A stretch of 49,090 nucleotides of DNA from Octopus bimaculoides (Eukaryota). Where the stretch lies: contig NC_068988.1 of NCBI RefSeq assembly GCF_001194135.2, forward strand, positions 74,272,212-74,321,301, in the 5' to 3' direction. Made by a program: the position numbers and the translations under genes. This document shows positions 1 to 11,238 of the stretch, in pieces. The first letter of the stretch is position 1. Every line of letters begins with the position of its first letter. Below the pieces are notes generated by a model that worked only from the letters and a program-made list of their open reading frames with translations, ran no database searches and was not told the DNA's origin.

Positions 1-933
1 TTCCGATTCCTGCATCGACTCCATATTTTTCCCTTAATATATCATAAAAGATTGAAAAATTATCAAGTTTGTTTTCGAGTACAGTTCTAGTTTTATCTAT
101 TTGCTCTTTACAATACACTATGTCATGACTTTTACTCTGGATATTAAATAAGACGTCAGTAAAAGAAAAAATGTCACTGAATACTTCTAACAAAAATAAG
201 AAATCACTGGTTTGACAGACCAGTGAAGATAGAAGCTGTATCTAGATGACTTTCCATTTTTTTGTCATATTTACTGATTAAATATGCGAATTCTTTGGTC
301 ACCCACCGTTTATAATTAATTGTTTTCCATTGAAGTCTCTTTTCGAAAAACTATTTCTCAAAATATCGTTTATAACACACATTTCACTCATTTGGAAAAA
401 AGTAACATACGTGTAAGCATCTGCGTATATTGTAAGTAAATTTTTTAAAAAATGGAAAAATGACGTTAGTCAAATTAAATATTTTTGTTTTCAGAACACT
501 CCAAAAATATAATAGTGCAAACAGATGTTTTGAATAAAAGATTCAAACTTACCGCCAGGCTGTTCCAAGAATTATGGCTAATTATAGCAGTTCTTGAGAA
601 CTGCTCTAGTTCCGGTCAGAACCAGCTAACAAAGAGATAGAGAGGTGGGGGCATTATTTCCTATGATAAATTTGTGGAATCACTGACAGAGAGAGGAAGG
701 GGTACAAAATATATATGCTATGGTCTTAGCATATCTTTTGACAGGTCACTAAGAGAGAGAGAGAGGGGGGAAGGACAAACTAACATAGATAGGGAGTTAG
801 GGAGTGTCTATATGCTGGATTCTCAAAGCTTTTACTAGTCACTGAGAGAGGGGAAGGGGAGACAGAATATTTCGAAAACTGGATTATTTTTTGCAAGAAA
901 GTAACTATTTTATCTAATTTTCCGATTATATAA

Positions 934-980
934 CAGGGCATGCGGTGCATAGCTTGCATGGCTGAGACTGCACGCCACTG
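934..980. mobile_element. Possible terminus of a DNA transposon (reverse complement starts CAGTGGCGTGCAG), abutting a (TA)n tract
   Basis: GC-rich segment ending ...CTGCACGCCACTG directly before (TA)n. Upstream, three loose copies of a TCACTGAGAGAGGGGAAGGGG-like motif at about 680, 745 and 838 resemble subterminal repeats. The partner end is not in the window. Confidence 0.3.
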
Positions 981-1039
981 ATATATATATATATAGTACT
1001 TTCAATTTCAACTAGATCAATCTCTTTGCACACAGACAG

Positions 1040-1850
1040 CCACTGTGACAAGCTATGCAGATGATACAAAAGTTTCATGGGTAATACAACCCTGAAGATG
1101 TCTCACACTTGCAACAAGATTCGGATGCAATATACAACGAGCTGAAAGTAATAACATGCAATGCAGACAAAATACACTGGACCAAAATCATATTCAGTGT
1201 GTGATCTGAACATTGACACGAGTAGTGCTGTATCTTTTCATGCACACATTACTAGGTTGGCAATGAAATGTGGGCAGCTGGCTGGCTGGATTTCTAGAAT
1301 TTTCAGAACAGAAGTGCAGGAAACCATGATGGTTATTTGGAAGACATTTGTCCTAAACTGTTTGGATTATTACTCCTAACTATGGTCACCACAGAATGTA
1401 AAATTAATGGCAAAACTCAATGCTACACAAAGAAGATTGTCTCAATGCAGCAGATTAGCTACTAGGAAAGACTCAAAAGGTTAAGACTCTATTTTCTGGA
1501 TTGAAGCTGGAAAAATATCCTGTAATATACATCTTGAAAGTCTTGTCCCAAACTTTGGGACAAACACCAGAATGGAGTGCTGTTGCCCTTGCCATGAAAT
1601 ACAGAACCAGATACTGCAATAGCTAAGGATACAAGGGCCAACATTTCTTTGGTATCCTCATGAAAGACTTGAGAGACCTACATGTGGATAGATGTTTTCC
1701 TCAAAACAAAACTAGATCTACTGTCAAGAGTCCTGGATGAGCCAACTTCAAAGCAGGAAACTCGTATGAGGGCAATTAATAAAAATGTAACAAAACCAAT
1801 GGTGGTGCCCCAGCATGGCCACAAATCTTGAGCAGAAACAAGTAAAAGAG
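1040..1850 (+). mobile_element. CR1/L2-group LINE, 3' remnant (C-terminal RT and 3' UTR), degenerate
   Basis: SYADDTKV with YADD at 1054-1065; ORF 1161-1379 (GWISRIFRT...TFVLNCLDYYS); then ISY*ERLKRLRLY and EKYPVIYILKV in shifted frames; ends GGTGGTGCCCCAGCATGGCC...GAAACAAGTAAAAGAG. Confidence 0.8.
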
Positions 1851-2159
1851 TTGTTAGTGTGTGAAATTTGGGTGGTGCAGGCATTGTTAATAATCCTACC
1901 ACAAACTCTGACTGTTGTAATCACTTTACCCATTTCTCATAGCAGAGAGGAAAAGAAAGGTTTGCTAACATTCTATGAAGTGAGAACCAAAGGCATGAGG
2001 TGTTCCGGATTACAAAGCAGTATATCAGAGAAAATCAACATATGGGAGAGAAGTATAGTAGAAGGATAATGGTACACTTGCACTTAGTGATTCTGGAAAG
2101 AAGGAGGTATGGAAGTGCCATTATAAAGGGTTTCTAAGAATGGGGGAAAGAGTATTCCT

Positions 2160-2412
2160 AATGTGAACCTGACAGAGCATCCAGCCATTCTTGTTGACAG
2201 CAGTGTGATAGACAAAGTAATTAAGAATATGAAGACAGAAAGCTCTTGGTCCATCTGGAACTACTGCTGAGATGCTTAAAATATCTGGCAGAGTAGGATA
2301 CAGCCTAGTTATTTGTACAGTTAATCAGTTTGTGCAGGAAGGTTTCATAGCCAACAATTGGTGTAGCAGCATCATATTCAATTGTTACAAGGGTAAAGAA
2401 GACACCTTAGAA
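2160..2412 (+). mobile_element. Diverged internal RTE LINE fragment (RT N-terminal region)
   Basis: Aligns by eye to 9003-9260 (AATATGAAGACAG..., GAGATGCTTAAAATATCTG, TGGTGTAGCAGCA..., TACAAGGGTAAAG). Confidence 0.8.
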
Positions 2413-2917
2413 ATCATGTAAATTAGTCTTCTACGTTGCATGAGTTCTGTTGTTAAGTAAAATGTATGTCTACCGTTTATCAATATAGAAGTATTCTGTG
2501 TATCCTATACTGTTTCTCTTTTATTTCAGAACATCAGATGGCATTGGATTTAAAGAACTTTTTACATCAGATATCATCATCAATATTCATCATATTTTAC
2601 AGACTAAAGGTAGATGTTACACAGAACAGATATAATACCGCTTATGTAAATCTGTGGTAGGATTATTGTGAAATATTTCCCCTGAACAAAGATTAACAGC
2701 AACATTTCTATACTTCTCTGTTTATGTACAAGATAATTTGGAATTTTTATGAAACTTGGACAAATTTACAAAAGAAATTACAATACTTTCAGATATAAAT
2801 ACAGATCACAGTTCATAGAAATATAGAAAAAGGAATATTTTAGTTAATATAAACTATACAAACAACAACAAGAAACATATCCATCTATTGTGGTGAGATA
2901 AAAAAATTATGAACGTG

Positions 2918-3013
2918 ACAAATCTCACTGCTCATAAGCATTATCATACAGGAGATAAACCATATCACTGTGATATCTGTGGTAAATCATTCTCTCAGAA
3001 TAGACTCAACTGA
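2918..3013 (+). pseudogene. Orphan C2H2 zinc-finger relic
   Basis: Manual translation [31 protein letters not shown]: the end of one finger, a TGDKP linker and half of the next finger. No extended ORF. Confidence 0.8.
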
Positions 3014-3368
3014 AGATGTTTCTATTCAAACAGAAAAGCAACTCTGTCAATGTCAAAATTCATTCTATGAAAAGCAATATCTGGTAAGGGTAATCAAGTG
3101 AGGGCTAGTGACATGAAGAGCATCTGGCTCTAAACAGTGCTTCAATAATGTGTTTATCTAAACTGACATAAATGAAGCGAAGGAGAAGAGACATTTTGAT
3201 GACTCTACCTTAATGAAGGTAGGACAGAAAAAATTTTGACCACTTCCCGTCTGCACCTAGAACTGCCCCATTTTTCTGCCCAACATTATAGTTCATGTAA
3301 CTACAAAATCTACAGATCTAAGATACATATGTTGTAGTTTCAATAGAAACTCATTTTTCAAAACACTC

Positions 3369-3372
<4 letters not shown>

Positions 3373-3409
<37 letters not shown>
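3373..3409. repeat. (CT)n microsatellite
   Basis: Direct reading. Confidence 0.95.
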
Positions 3410-3411
<2 letters not shown>

Positions 3412-3949
3412 CTACACACACACACATATGCATACGTGCCTGCATTCATTCATTCATTCTATCATTTTTAGAAAGGGAAAAGATTGACACTGTGGTTAAA
3501 TAACTGAGAAATATATTTTCATAAATCAAGGATAATTCATTGTAATTATTCCTTAAATTGTAAAAGAAAATTTATCAAGCATACTAGGTTACATGCATAA
3601 TATTTTATAAACTAGATCTTTCATACATTCTTTCTTTTAGATGCTATGCCATACAAAACCATTAGAGGAAATAATTTTGTTGTTTAGATTTATAGAGTCT
3701 ATAATTAATTTAGCATAATCCCTTCACAATAACAGTTCAGCTGAATTTGCAAGTGTCAGTGTAACTTTTTTTTTATTAATGGGTGGTCTTCATAAAGCAT
3801 CATCATCATCATCACCCTCAGTATTTTAATGTCCACACTGCATGCCTGTCACATCACCACATTTTCTGTTTTTCTATCACCTCTTTCTTTGAGGCTGTAG
3901 AATTTAAAATAAAACTGTTTTACACGTAACTTACTCTCCTATCATTTTA

Positions 3950-4670
3950 TATTCTTTTACTTGTTTCAGTCATTTGACTACAGCTATGCTAGAGCACTGC
4001 CTCAAAGGGTTTTAGTCAAACAAATCGACCCCAGGATTTTTTTTTTAAGCCTAGTATTTATTCTATCGGTCTCTTTTACTGAACTGCTAAGTTATGAGGA
4101 TGTAGACACACCAACACCAATTGTCAAGCAGTGATGTGGGGATAAACAAAGACACACACACATAGATATGTACATATCTATGTGGCTAGGGCAGTGGACT
4201 CGCGGTCGTAGGATCATAGTTTCGATTCCCAGACCAAACGTTGTGAGTATTAATTGAGCAAAAACACCTAAAGCTCCACGAGGCTCCGGCAGGGGGTGGT
4301 GGTGAACCCTGCTGTACTCATTCACCACAACTTTCTTTCACTCTTGCTTCCTGTTTCTGTTGTACCTGTATTTCAAAGGGCCAGCCTTGTCACGCTGAAT
4401 CTTCCCGAGAACTATGTTAAGGGTACACTTGTCTGTGGAGTGCTCGGCCAGTTGCACATTAATTTCACGAACAAACTGTTCCATTGATCAGATCAACTGG
4501 AACCCTCCCTCGTCATAACCAATGGAGTGCCATGATACCGCATCTACTCACTCACAAAGCTTTCGTTCTCCCAAGGCCATAATAGAAGACACTCACCCAA
4601 GGTGCCACGTAGTGGGACTGAACCATGTGGTTGGGAAGCAAACTTCTTACCACACAGCCACACGTCGCCT
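3950..4670 (-). mobile_element. tRNA-derived SINE (family A), split by a nested SINE
   Basis: The 3' part (3950-4180) and head part (4536-4670) match the reverse complement of the plus-strand copies at 40882-41310 and 44688-45054. Confidence 0.85.
4181..4532 (+). mobile_element. tRNA-derived SINE (family B), inserted into the central microsatellite of family A
   Basis: A-box-like TGGCTAGGGCAGTGG and B-box-like GTTTCGATTCC (4219-4229); the body is unrelated to family A; it sits between the two halves of the minus-strand SINE. Confidence 0.75.
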
Positions 4671-4765
4671 ATGTAGAATATCTAACTAAAAACTGTGCTG
4701 ACACAACTGTAAACTACAAAATTCACAAACTTGATTACTATATGAAAACCGTTACACATTTTCCA

Positions 4766-5260
4766 GTTCTATAATTAAGAGATGAGGAATTATGTACATT
4801 ATTTACAATTGACGAATATTTGCCCTCATCTTGTTTGTTGTTAACACATTTCGGCTAATATACCCCACAGCCTTCATCAGGTGTCTTGGCGAAATTTCGA
4901 ACCTGGGTTCTCATTCCTAAGGTATTTTTCAATGTTGTTGTTGTTGTTATTATTATTATTATTATTATTATTCAGGTCACTGCCTGGAATCGAACTCAGA
5001 ATCTTAGGGTTAGTAACCCGCGCTTTTAACCACTATGGCGTAGTGGTTAAGAGCGCAGGCTACTAACCCCAAGATTCCGAGTTCGATTCCAGGCAGTGAC
5101 CTGAATAATAATAATAATAACATCAAACAATACCTTAGGAATGAGAACCCAGGTTTGAAATTTCCCCAAGACACCTGATGAAGGCTGGAGGGTATATTAG
5201 CCAAAATGTGTTAACAACAAACAAGATGAGGACAAATATCTGTCAAATGTAAATAATGTA
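4766..5260. mobile_element. Head-to-head foldback retroelement: tRNA-like head, (AAT)n, and Penelope-type hammerhead relic in each arm
   Basis: Arms 4795-5035 and 5041-5260 are reverse complements (about 90% by eye) around a TGGCG loop. A box TGGCGTAGTGG at 5036-5046, B box GTTCGATTCC at 5081-5090. Direct repeat GTTACACATTTT(T)CCA at 4751-4765 and 5261-5276. Confidence 0.85.
4843..4885 (-). ncRNA. Degenerate minimal type I hammerhead ribozyme motif (better-preserved arm)
   Basis: Minus strand reads GACAC-CTGATGA-A-GGCTG-tggggtatat-TAGCC-GAAA-T-GTGTT. Core, stem II and stem I (GACAC/GTGTT) are present; stem III and the NUH triplet are missing. The plus-arm copy (5170-5212) also has GAAA changed to AAAA. 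Confidence 0.55.
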
Positions 5261-5599
5261 GTTACACATTTTTCCAAACTGATCTTTACTGTTTACTTAT
5301 ATCATAATTAGTTGACTTCATTTGATACTAATTATTAAATATAAGAGGTTATGAAGTGAATGAAAAATAGACAGGAGGATAACTTTGTACATTAAACATT
5401 AAATTATGATGATGATCATTATCTGGTGAATATGTGATGTAGCCAGTTGGTTGATGGTAGTGGAAAGAAAATATATTTCTCAATCACTGATATTATAAAT
5501 ATTTGGCACTTTATGTTTAATTTTATGTAAATTGATTGCAGTTTAAAATCTACATTTGTCATTTATGGTATCTAGAACAAATGACATAGCTACACAGCT

Positions 5600-5654
5600 G
5601 TGTATATATATATGTGTATGTCTATGTATATATATGTGTGTGTGTGTGTGTATG

Positions 5655-5691
<37 letters not shown>
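5600..5691. repeat. Compound (TG)n/(TA)n microsatellite
   Basis: Direct reading. Confidence 0.95.
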
Positions 5692-5693
<2 letters not shown>

Positions 5694-5779
5694 AACAACA
5701 ACATGGTGACATATCAGCAATGTATATAGGGTAGTGTATATATGATGTCTAGAACAAACATGATAATACATTATCATTT

Positions 5780-7562
5780 CAGGTTGCCCAGACAAAAGCC
5801 ACTCTTTCCCTTCAAGCATTCCTGCCTTCCATGATTTTTGTAAGGTGTTCTATTTGTAACTCAGCATCTCTCATAAGAGTTGATTAATTTACATCATTCT
5901 GGGTCTTCCAACATAAGAATTTCCATGACTTGAGATCCACGAAAGGAGCTCACAAATTCATCTTTGCTTCAGTTGCAGTGACCAGCACGTCTTGTCCTCC
6001 AGTCTCAAATGTCTGATGTTGGGGATATTTTCATAAAGCTCTTCTTTTGTTGGATGTTGTTTCCGTAATTTGTTGACAATAGCACACATTATGCATGTGT
6101 AGCTCCTATCAAGCTTGCTTTCTATCTTTTTTGTAGGAGTCCATACTGATGAACTTTAAAGAACTGATTCTATGATAACGCTGAAGAATTCCCTTTTCAT
6201 CCATGCTTTTGCTATGTGGATTTGGTATATCTTTTTTTTAGTAGATGTGATATCACTTCCAAGATAAGTGAAACATTTGACTTTCTTTTGAGGTGTGCCA
6301 CTCAGTAAGCTGATCTAACCATTCTGGTCAAAGTATATGTATTCAGTCTTCTCAGTATCCGCATAAAGATAAATCCTGGAAGCTGCCTCTTCTAGTAGTA
6401 TTTCAATATCTGTTATCTTGTTAGCAAACAGCACAAGGTCATTTGCATAATCAGCATCAGTGATCTTCCTGACTGATATCTCCTGCTTCTAGCTTTCTGT
6501 AAAGTAAAAACATTACTGTGAAGATCAATAGCCATACATACAACAGTCCAGTGTTATGATGAACAAAAAGGGTGCCAGTGTATTGTCCTGTAGTACTCCC
6601 ACCTGAATGTATTTATACAGCATTATGATTGCATCCATTGTTTTTCATGGTATTTCATAGATCCTCAGTATTTTGACCATCTTTTCTCAATGCACTCAAT
6701 TAAAAGCCTTGTAGAAGTCCATAAGAGCAACACTGCCTGTGATTCGTCTTACTGTCAATGTCTGTTCAAGTGTTAATCTGTGCTGATTTGGGCAAAGGAC
6801 TTTCTCATTTTCAGATTAGATTCAGTTACACAACATTGTGTTGTAGATTTTAATAGCTATAGCATAAGTGTGATGCCTCTGTAGTTTATGGTTAGCGACA
6901 AGTCTCTTTTCTTCAGAAAAAGGAGAATGCATCCTTCTGTCCAGACTGGGAATGCATTTTGACAATCAAACTCCTACATCACTGTAGGAGAATATCATTT
7001 AAAGCTTCTAGTCTGTCAGACTTCAGGGGACACTTCATCCAAATCAGCTGCTTTACTATTCTTCAGTCTCTTCAGTACTGTCTCTAAATCATCTTTAGCG
7101 AATGGGCCTTTCTTGATAGGAAGTTAAGTTTCAGTGATTCTTTTTACTGGGAGATCATTGATGACATGAACTCTCCTCAAGTAAATTCTCAAAATGATCT
7201 CTTCATTTCTGTAATCTTTCTTCCTGACTTGCTACCATTAGTTTGGCATGAGCTAATTGCTTCCTCCCAATAACATTGTTTTCTGTTCAGGCAATCAGTT
7301 GCCTTGTGAACAACTGGTTGTTGGCAGCTATTTGAATGGTATTTATCTGTTGTTGACTGTAATTCTGATGTTGTATATTTCTTCCAGATCTCTCCTTGTA
7401 TTTGTTAATGTTCTCTTTAGTAGGAAATTTGTTTTTCAGTCTGGCCATCTTCAGAGTTTTTCACTTCACAGCAACTCCTGGGGTACTTTATGCTTGTGCT
7501 TAGGCATCAGAGATATTCATTCTACAACTGCTTTCTTGTGTGTGCTCACAAAGTTTGCATAT
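5780..7562 (-). mobile_element. RTE/RTEX-like LINE, degenerate ORF (RT region); continues at 12063-12162
   Basis: Manual minus-strand translation GVLQDNTLAPFLFIITLD (about 6550-6600) and ITDADYANDLVLFANK...TEKTEYI (about 6340-6465; YADD changed to YAND), then YLGSDI. Many stops. Confidence 0.8.
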
Positions 7563-7985
7563 AACAGGTTGAGTAAAAAGTAAGCAACATTTTGAACCAT
7601 GAAGAATTTGTACCAAATTCTTGCAGAGTTTTGATTTTTTTTTTTTAATGCTTTTTTGCAATTGTCTGATAATACAGCCATAGACTTGCCCAAATGCATC
7701 AATAAATTAACATTGATATTTTTTTCACCATTGTTAAAATCATCTGAAATGGAACTGTCAAAGTATGATATTTGAGCAATTTTGCTGTTCATCTTCAAAA
7801 CAGGACATAAAGCAGCTGAAACTGATCACAATATCAACGAAATGTTTGGTGAAGAAATGACCAGTGAGTGATCAGCTTGAAAATGGTTTAAACAATTTTG
7901 TAGTGCAGAGCTGAGCCTTGAAGATCGTGAGCATAGTGGATGCTCATCTATCATCAATGACGGCCAATTAAAGACCATTGAGAAG
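7563..7985 (+). mobile_element. Mariner element, 5' part (left TIR and transposase N-terminal HTH)
   Basis: TA-CAGGTTGAGTAAAAAGTAAGCAACATTTTGAACCATGAA at 7562-7603. From ATG 7749: MELSKYDI*AILLFIFKTGHKAAET...KWFKQFCSAELSLEDREHSG, a mariner N-terminal pattern. Confidence 0.85.
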
Positions 7986-10900
7986 TGCCCCTCAGTCAGG
8001 GCTGCCTGATGGACAGAAAGACTGATTTTATGACACCCTCTTGCAGACTACCTTGTTGACGAATGATAGGGACCTTCTCTTTGTGGCTGGTGACTTCAGT
8101 GGACATGTTGGACAACATGCAGGGGGCTTCCATAGCATACATGGAGGCTATGGTTTTGGTTCCTGCAAGGAGGAGGAAACCAGGCTGCTGGAGTTCTGCA
8201 ATACAAATGATCTTATGGTTTGCAATATTAACTTCAGGAAACCTGCCAGTCACCTAGTCACCTACCGTTCTGGCAGACACACTACCCAAATTGACTACAT
8301 CCTCACCAGAAAAAGAGAAAGATGGCTGCTTATGAATGCCAAAACCTCCCCAGATGAAGAATGTACCCCACAACATAGACTAGTAGTTAGCGACTTCAGG
8401 ATCAGGGCTAAATGGATGCCCGGAAGACAACCAGCATTTAGAAGGGTCTAGAAGCTTAAAGATTCTGCAAACGGACAGAGATTTAGAGATGTATTACTCA
8501 AAGCCTTTGACGAAATAGAAGGGGATATAGCATCACATAATGTGGAAGACAACTGGAGGTTTCTTCAGGACAACCTGCTGAGGGCCACTGACCGAATCTG
8601 TGGATGGTGCAAAGTCCCCTCTCGACTCAAGGTAACGTGGTGGTGGAACAATGTTGTTGACAGGGCTATTAGAGAAAAGAAACAGGCTTGGAAGGAATGG
8701 AAGAACGGTAGTAGCAGGGAATTGTATCAGACTGCCAGAAGGGAAACTAGGAGACAGGTTTATTTAGCCAGAGGGGAAGCAGATAAGAGAAAATTTGCCA
8801 ATGTTCTGCGCCATGAGGACCAAAGACTTGAGGTATTTCGTGTTGCAAGACAGTGTGTGAGAGAGAATCGTGATGTCATAGGAGAGGAATGTGTCCGCAT
8901 GGATGATGGTTTACTTGCGTTTAATGAGGCTGCCGTGAGAGAGGTTTGGATGCCACTATGAAAGGTTGCTCAATAAAGAGAATGAATGGGAGAAAGAGTG
9001 TCTGCTGAATGTTGACCCAACAGAGGGACCAACTATCTGAATTGACAGTACCTTGGTAGATAAAGCAATTAAAAGTATGAAGACAGGGAAAGCCCCCGGA
9101 CCATCAGGAATCACCGCAGAGATGCTCAAAATATCTGACAGTGTCGGCTCTAGCCTAGTTACCCGTATAGTTAACCAGGTGATACATGAAGGAGTCATAC
9201 TCAATGACTGGTGTAGCAGCACCATAGTCAACTGCTACAAAGGTAAAGGTTATGCTTTAGATACAAATAATTACAGAGGTATCAAGTTGTTGGATCAGGT
9301 AATGAAGGTCACGGAGAGGGTCATAGCCCAGCTAATTAGGGAGAGAGTCAGTTTAGATGAGATGCAGCTTAGGTTTGTGCCAGAGAAAAGCATCACTGAT
9401 GCTATATTTCTGGTAAGGCAGCTGCAGGAGAAATACCTAGCCAAAGCTAAACCTCTGTACCTGGCTTTCGTTGACAGGGTCTCCCAATCCCTTATCTGGT
9501 GATCAAAGCAGAAGCTAGGGATAGATGAATGGTTAGTGAGAGCTATGCAAGCCATGTACAGGGACGCTGTCAGTAAGGTGAGGGTTGGCAATGAGTACAG
9601 TGAAGAATTCCAGGTAGAGGTAGGGGTCCACCAAGGTTCAGTCCTCAGCCCCTTCTTATTTATCATAGTCCTCCAAGCAATAACAGAGGAATTCAAGATA
9701 GGATGCCCCTGGGAGCTCCACTATGCTGATGACCTTGCTCTAATTGCTGAGTCACTATCAGAACTAGAGGAGAAGTTTCAGGTGTGGAAGCAAGTATTAG
9801 AATCGAGGGGCCTTAGAGACAACCAAGCTAAAACCAAAGTCCTAATAAGTAGGAAGGCAGACAAACCAGTCCCTTCAGGTAGATGGCCCTGCTCAATCTG
9901 TAGAAACGGCATAGGTAGGAACTCCATAAGATGTACCCGATGTAAGCTATGGACACATAAGAAGTGCAGCAATATCAAAGGAAGGCTAACTAGCAAGATA
10001 GTTTTTGTATGTGACAGATGCTCAGGAGCAATAAACACTGAAAATGTGCAGAGAACAACTTATGCCACATTCCAGGGAGAAAAACTAGAAGTAGTTGATA
10101 GCTTCCGTTACTTAGGTGGCCAATTCAGTAGTGGGAGTGGGCGCTCTGAAAGTGTAGCTGCTGGAATAAGAATAGCCTGGGCAAAGTTCAGAGAGCTCCT
10201 ACCTCTGCTGGTGACAAAGGGCCTCTTGCTCAAAGTAAAAGATAGACTGTATGACGCATGTATACAAACAGCCATGCTACATGGCAGTGAAACATAGGCC
10301 GTGACTGTTGAGGACAAGTGTAAGCTTGCAAGGAATGAAGCCAGTATGCTCCGATGGATGTGTAATGTCAGTGTGCATACTCGACAGAGTGTAAGTGCCT
10401 TGAGAGAAAAGTTAGACCTAAGAAGCATCAGATATGGTGTGCAAGAGAAATGACTGTGCTGGTATGGTCTTGTGGTGAGAATGGATGAGGATAGCTGTGT
10501 GAAAAAGTGTCACATCCTAGCAGTTGAGGGAACCTGTGGAAGCGGTAGACCCTGGAAGACCTGGGATAAGGTAGTGAAGCACGATCTTTGAACATTAAGC
10601 CTCACCGAGGCAGTGACTAGTGACTGAGACCTTTGGAAATGCTGTGCTTGAGAAGACCCGGCAAGCCAAGTGAGACCATAACCCGTGGTGTAACCAGCCC
10701 ACTTATGTATAACTTTCCTTCATTGGACACTAAACTCTGCTTGCGAAGACCTGTTGAGGTAAGTGAAATCGAAATCAAATTCGATGACAGCACCGCTTAA
10801 CTGGCATCCGTGCTAGTGGAGCGCTAAGAGCACCATCTGAGCATGATCATTGTCAGGGCTGCTGACTGGCTCCTGTGCCAGTGGCACATAAAAAGCACCA

Positions 10901-11238
10901 TTCGAGCATGATCATTACTAGTGTCGTCTTATTGGCACTTAAAAGACAACATTCGACCAAGGTTATTGCCAGTCCTGCTGGACTGGCTCCTGTGCAGGTG
11001 ACACGTAAAAAACACCATTTTAGCATGGCTGTTGCCAGTACCGCCTGACTGGCCCTCATGCCGGTGGCACGTAAAAGCACCCACTACACTCTCAGAGTGG
11101 TTGGTGTTAGGAAGGGCATCCAGCTGTAGAAATTCTGCCAAATCAGATTGGAGCTTGGTGCAGCCATCTAGCTCACCAGTCCTCAGTCAAACCGTCCAAC
11201 CCATGCCAGCATGGAAAGTGGACGTTAAATGATGATGA
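7986..11238 (+). mobile_element. 5'-truncated RTE LINE (APE C-terminus, RT with PHD-type insert, modular 3' UTR, (GAT)n tail)
   Basis: ORFs 8041-8451 (GDFSGHVG, QIDYIL, QHRLVVSDF), 9053-9502 and 9536-10297 (QGSVLSP, HYADDL, FRYLG). TSD TGAGAAG at 7979-7985 and 11239-11245. Confidence 0.95.

Noticed and set aside
5036-5103. Functional tRNA gene
   Set aside because: It has A and B boxes but no 5' acceptor strand and a mismatched T-stem, and it is part of a repeat; it is a SINE-type head.
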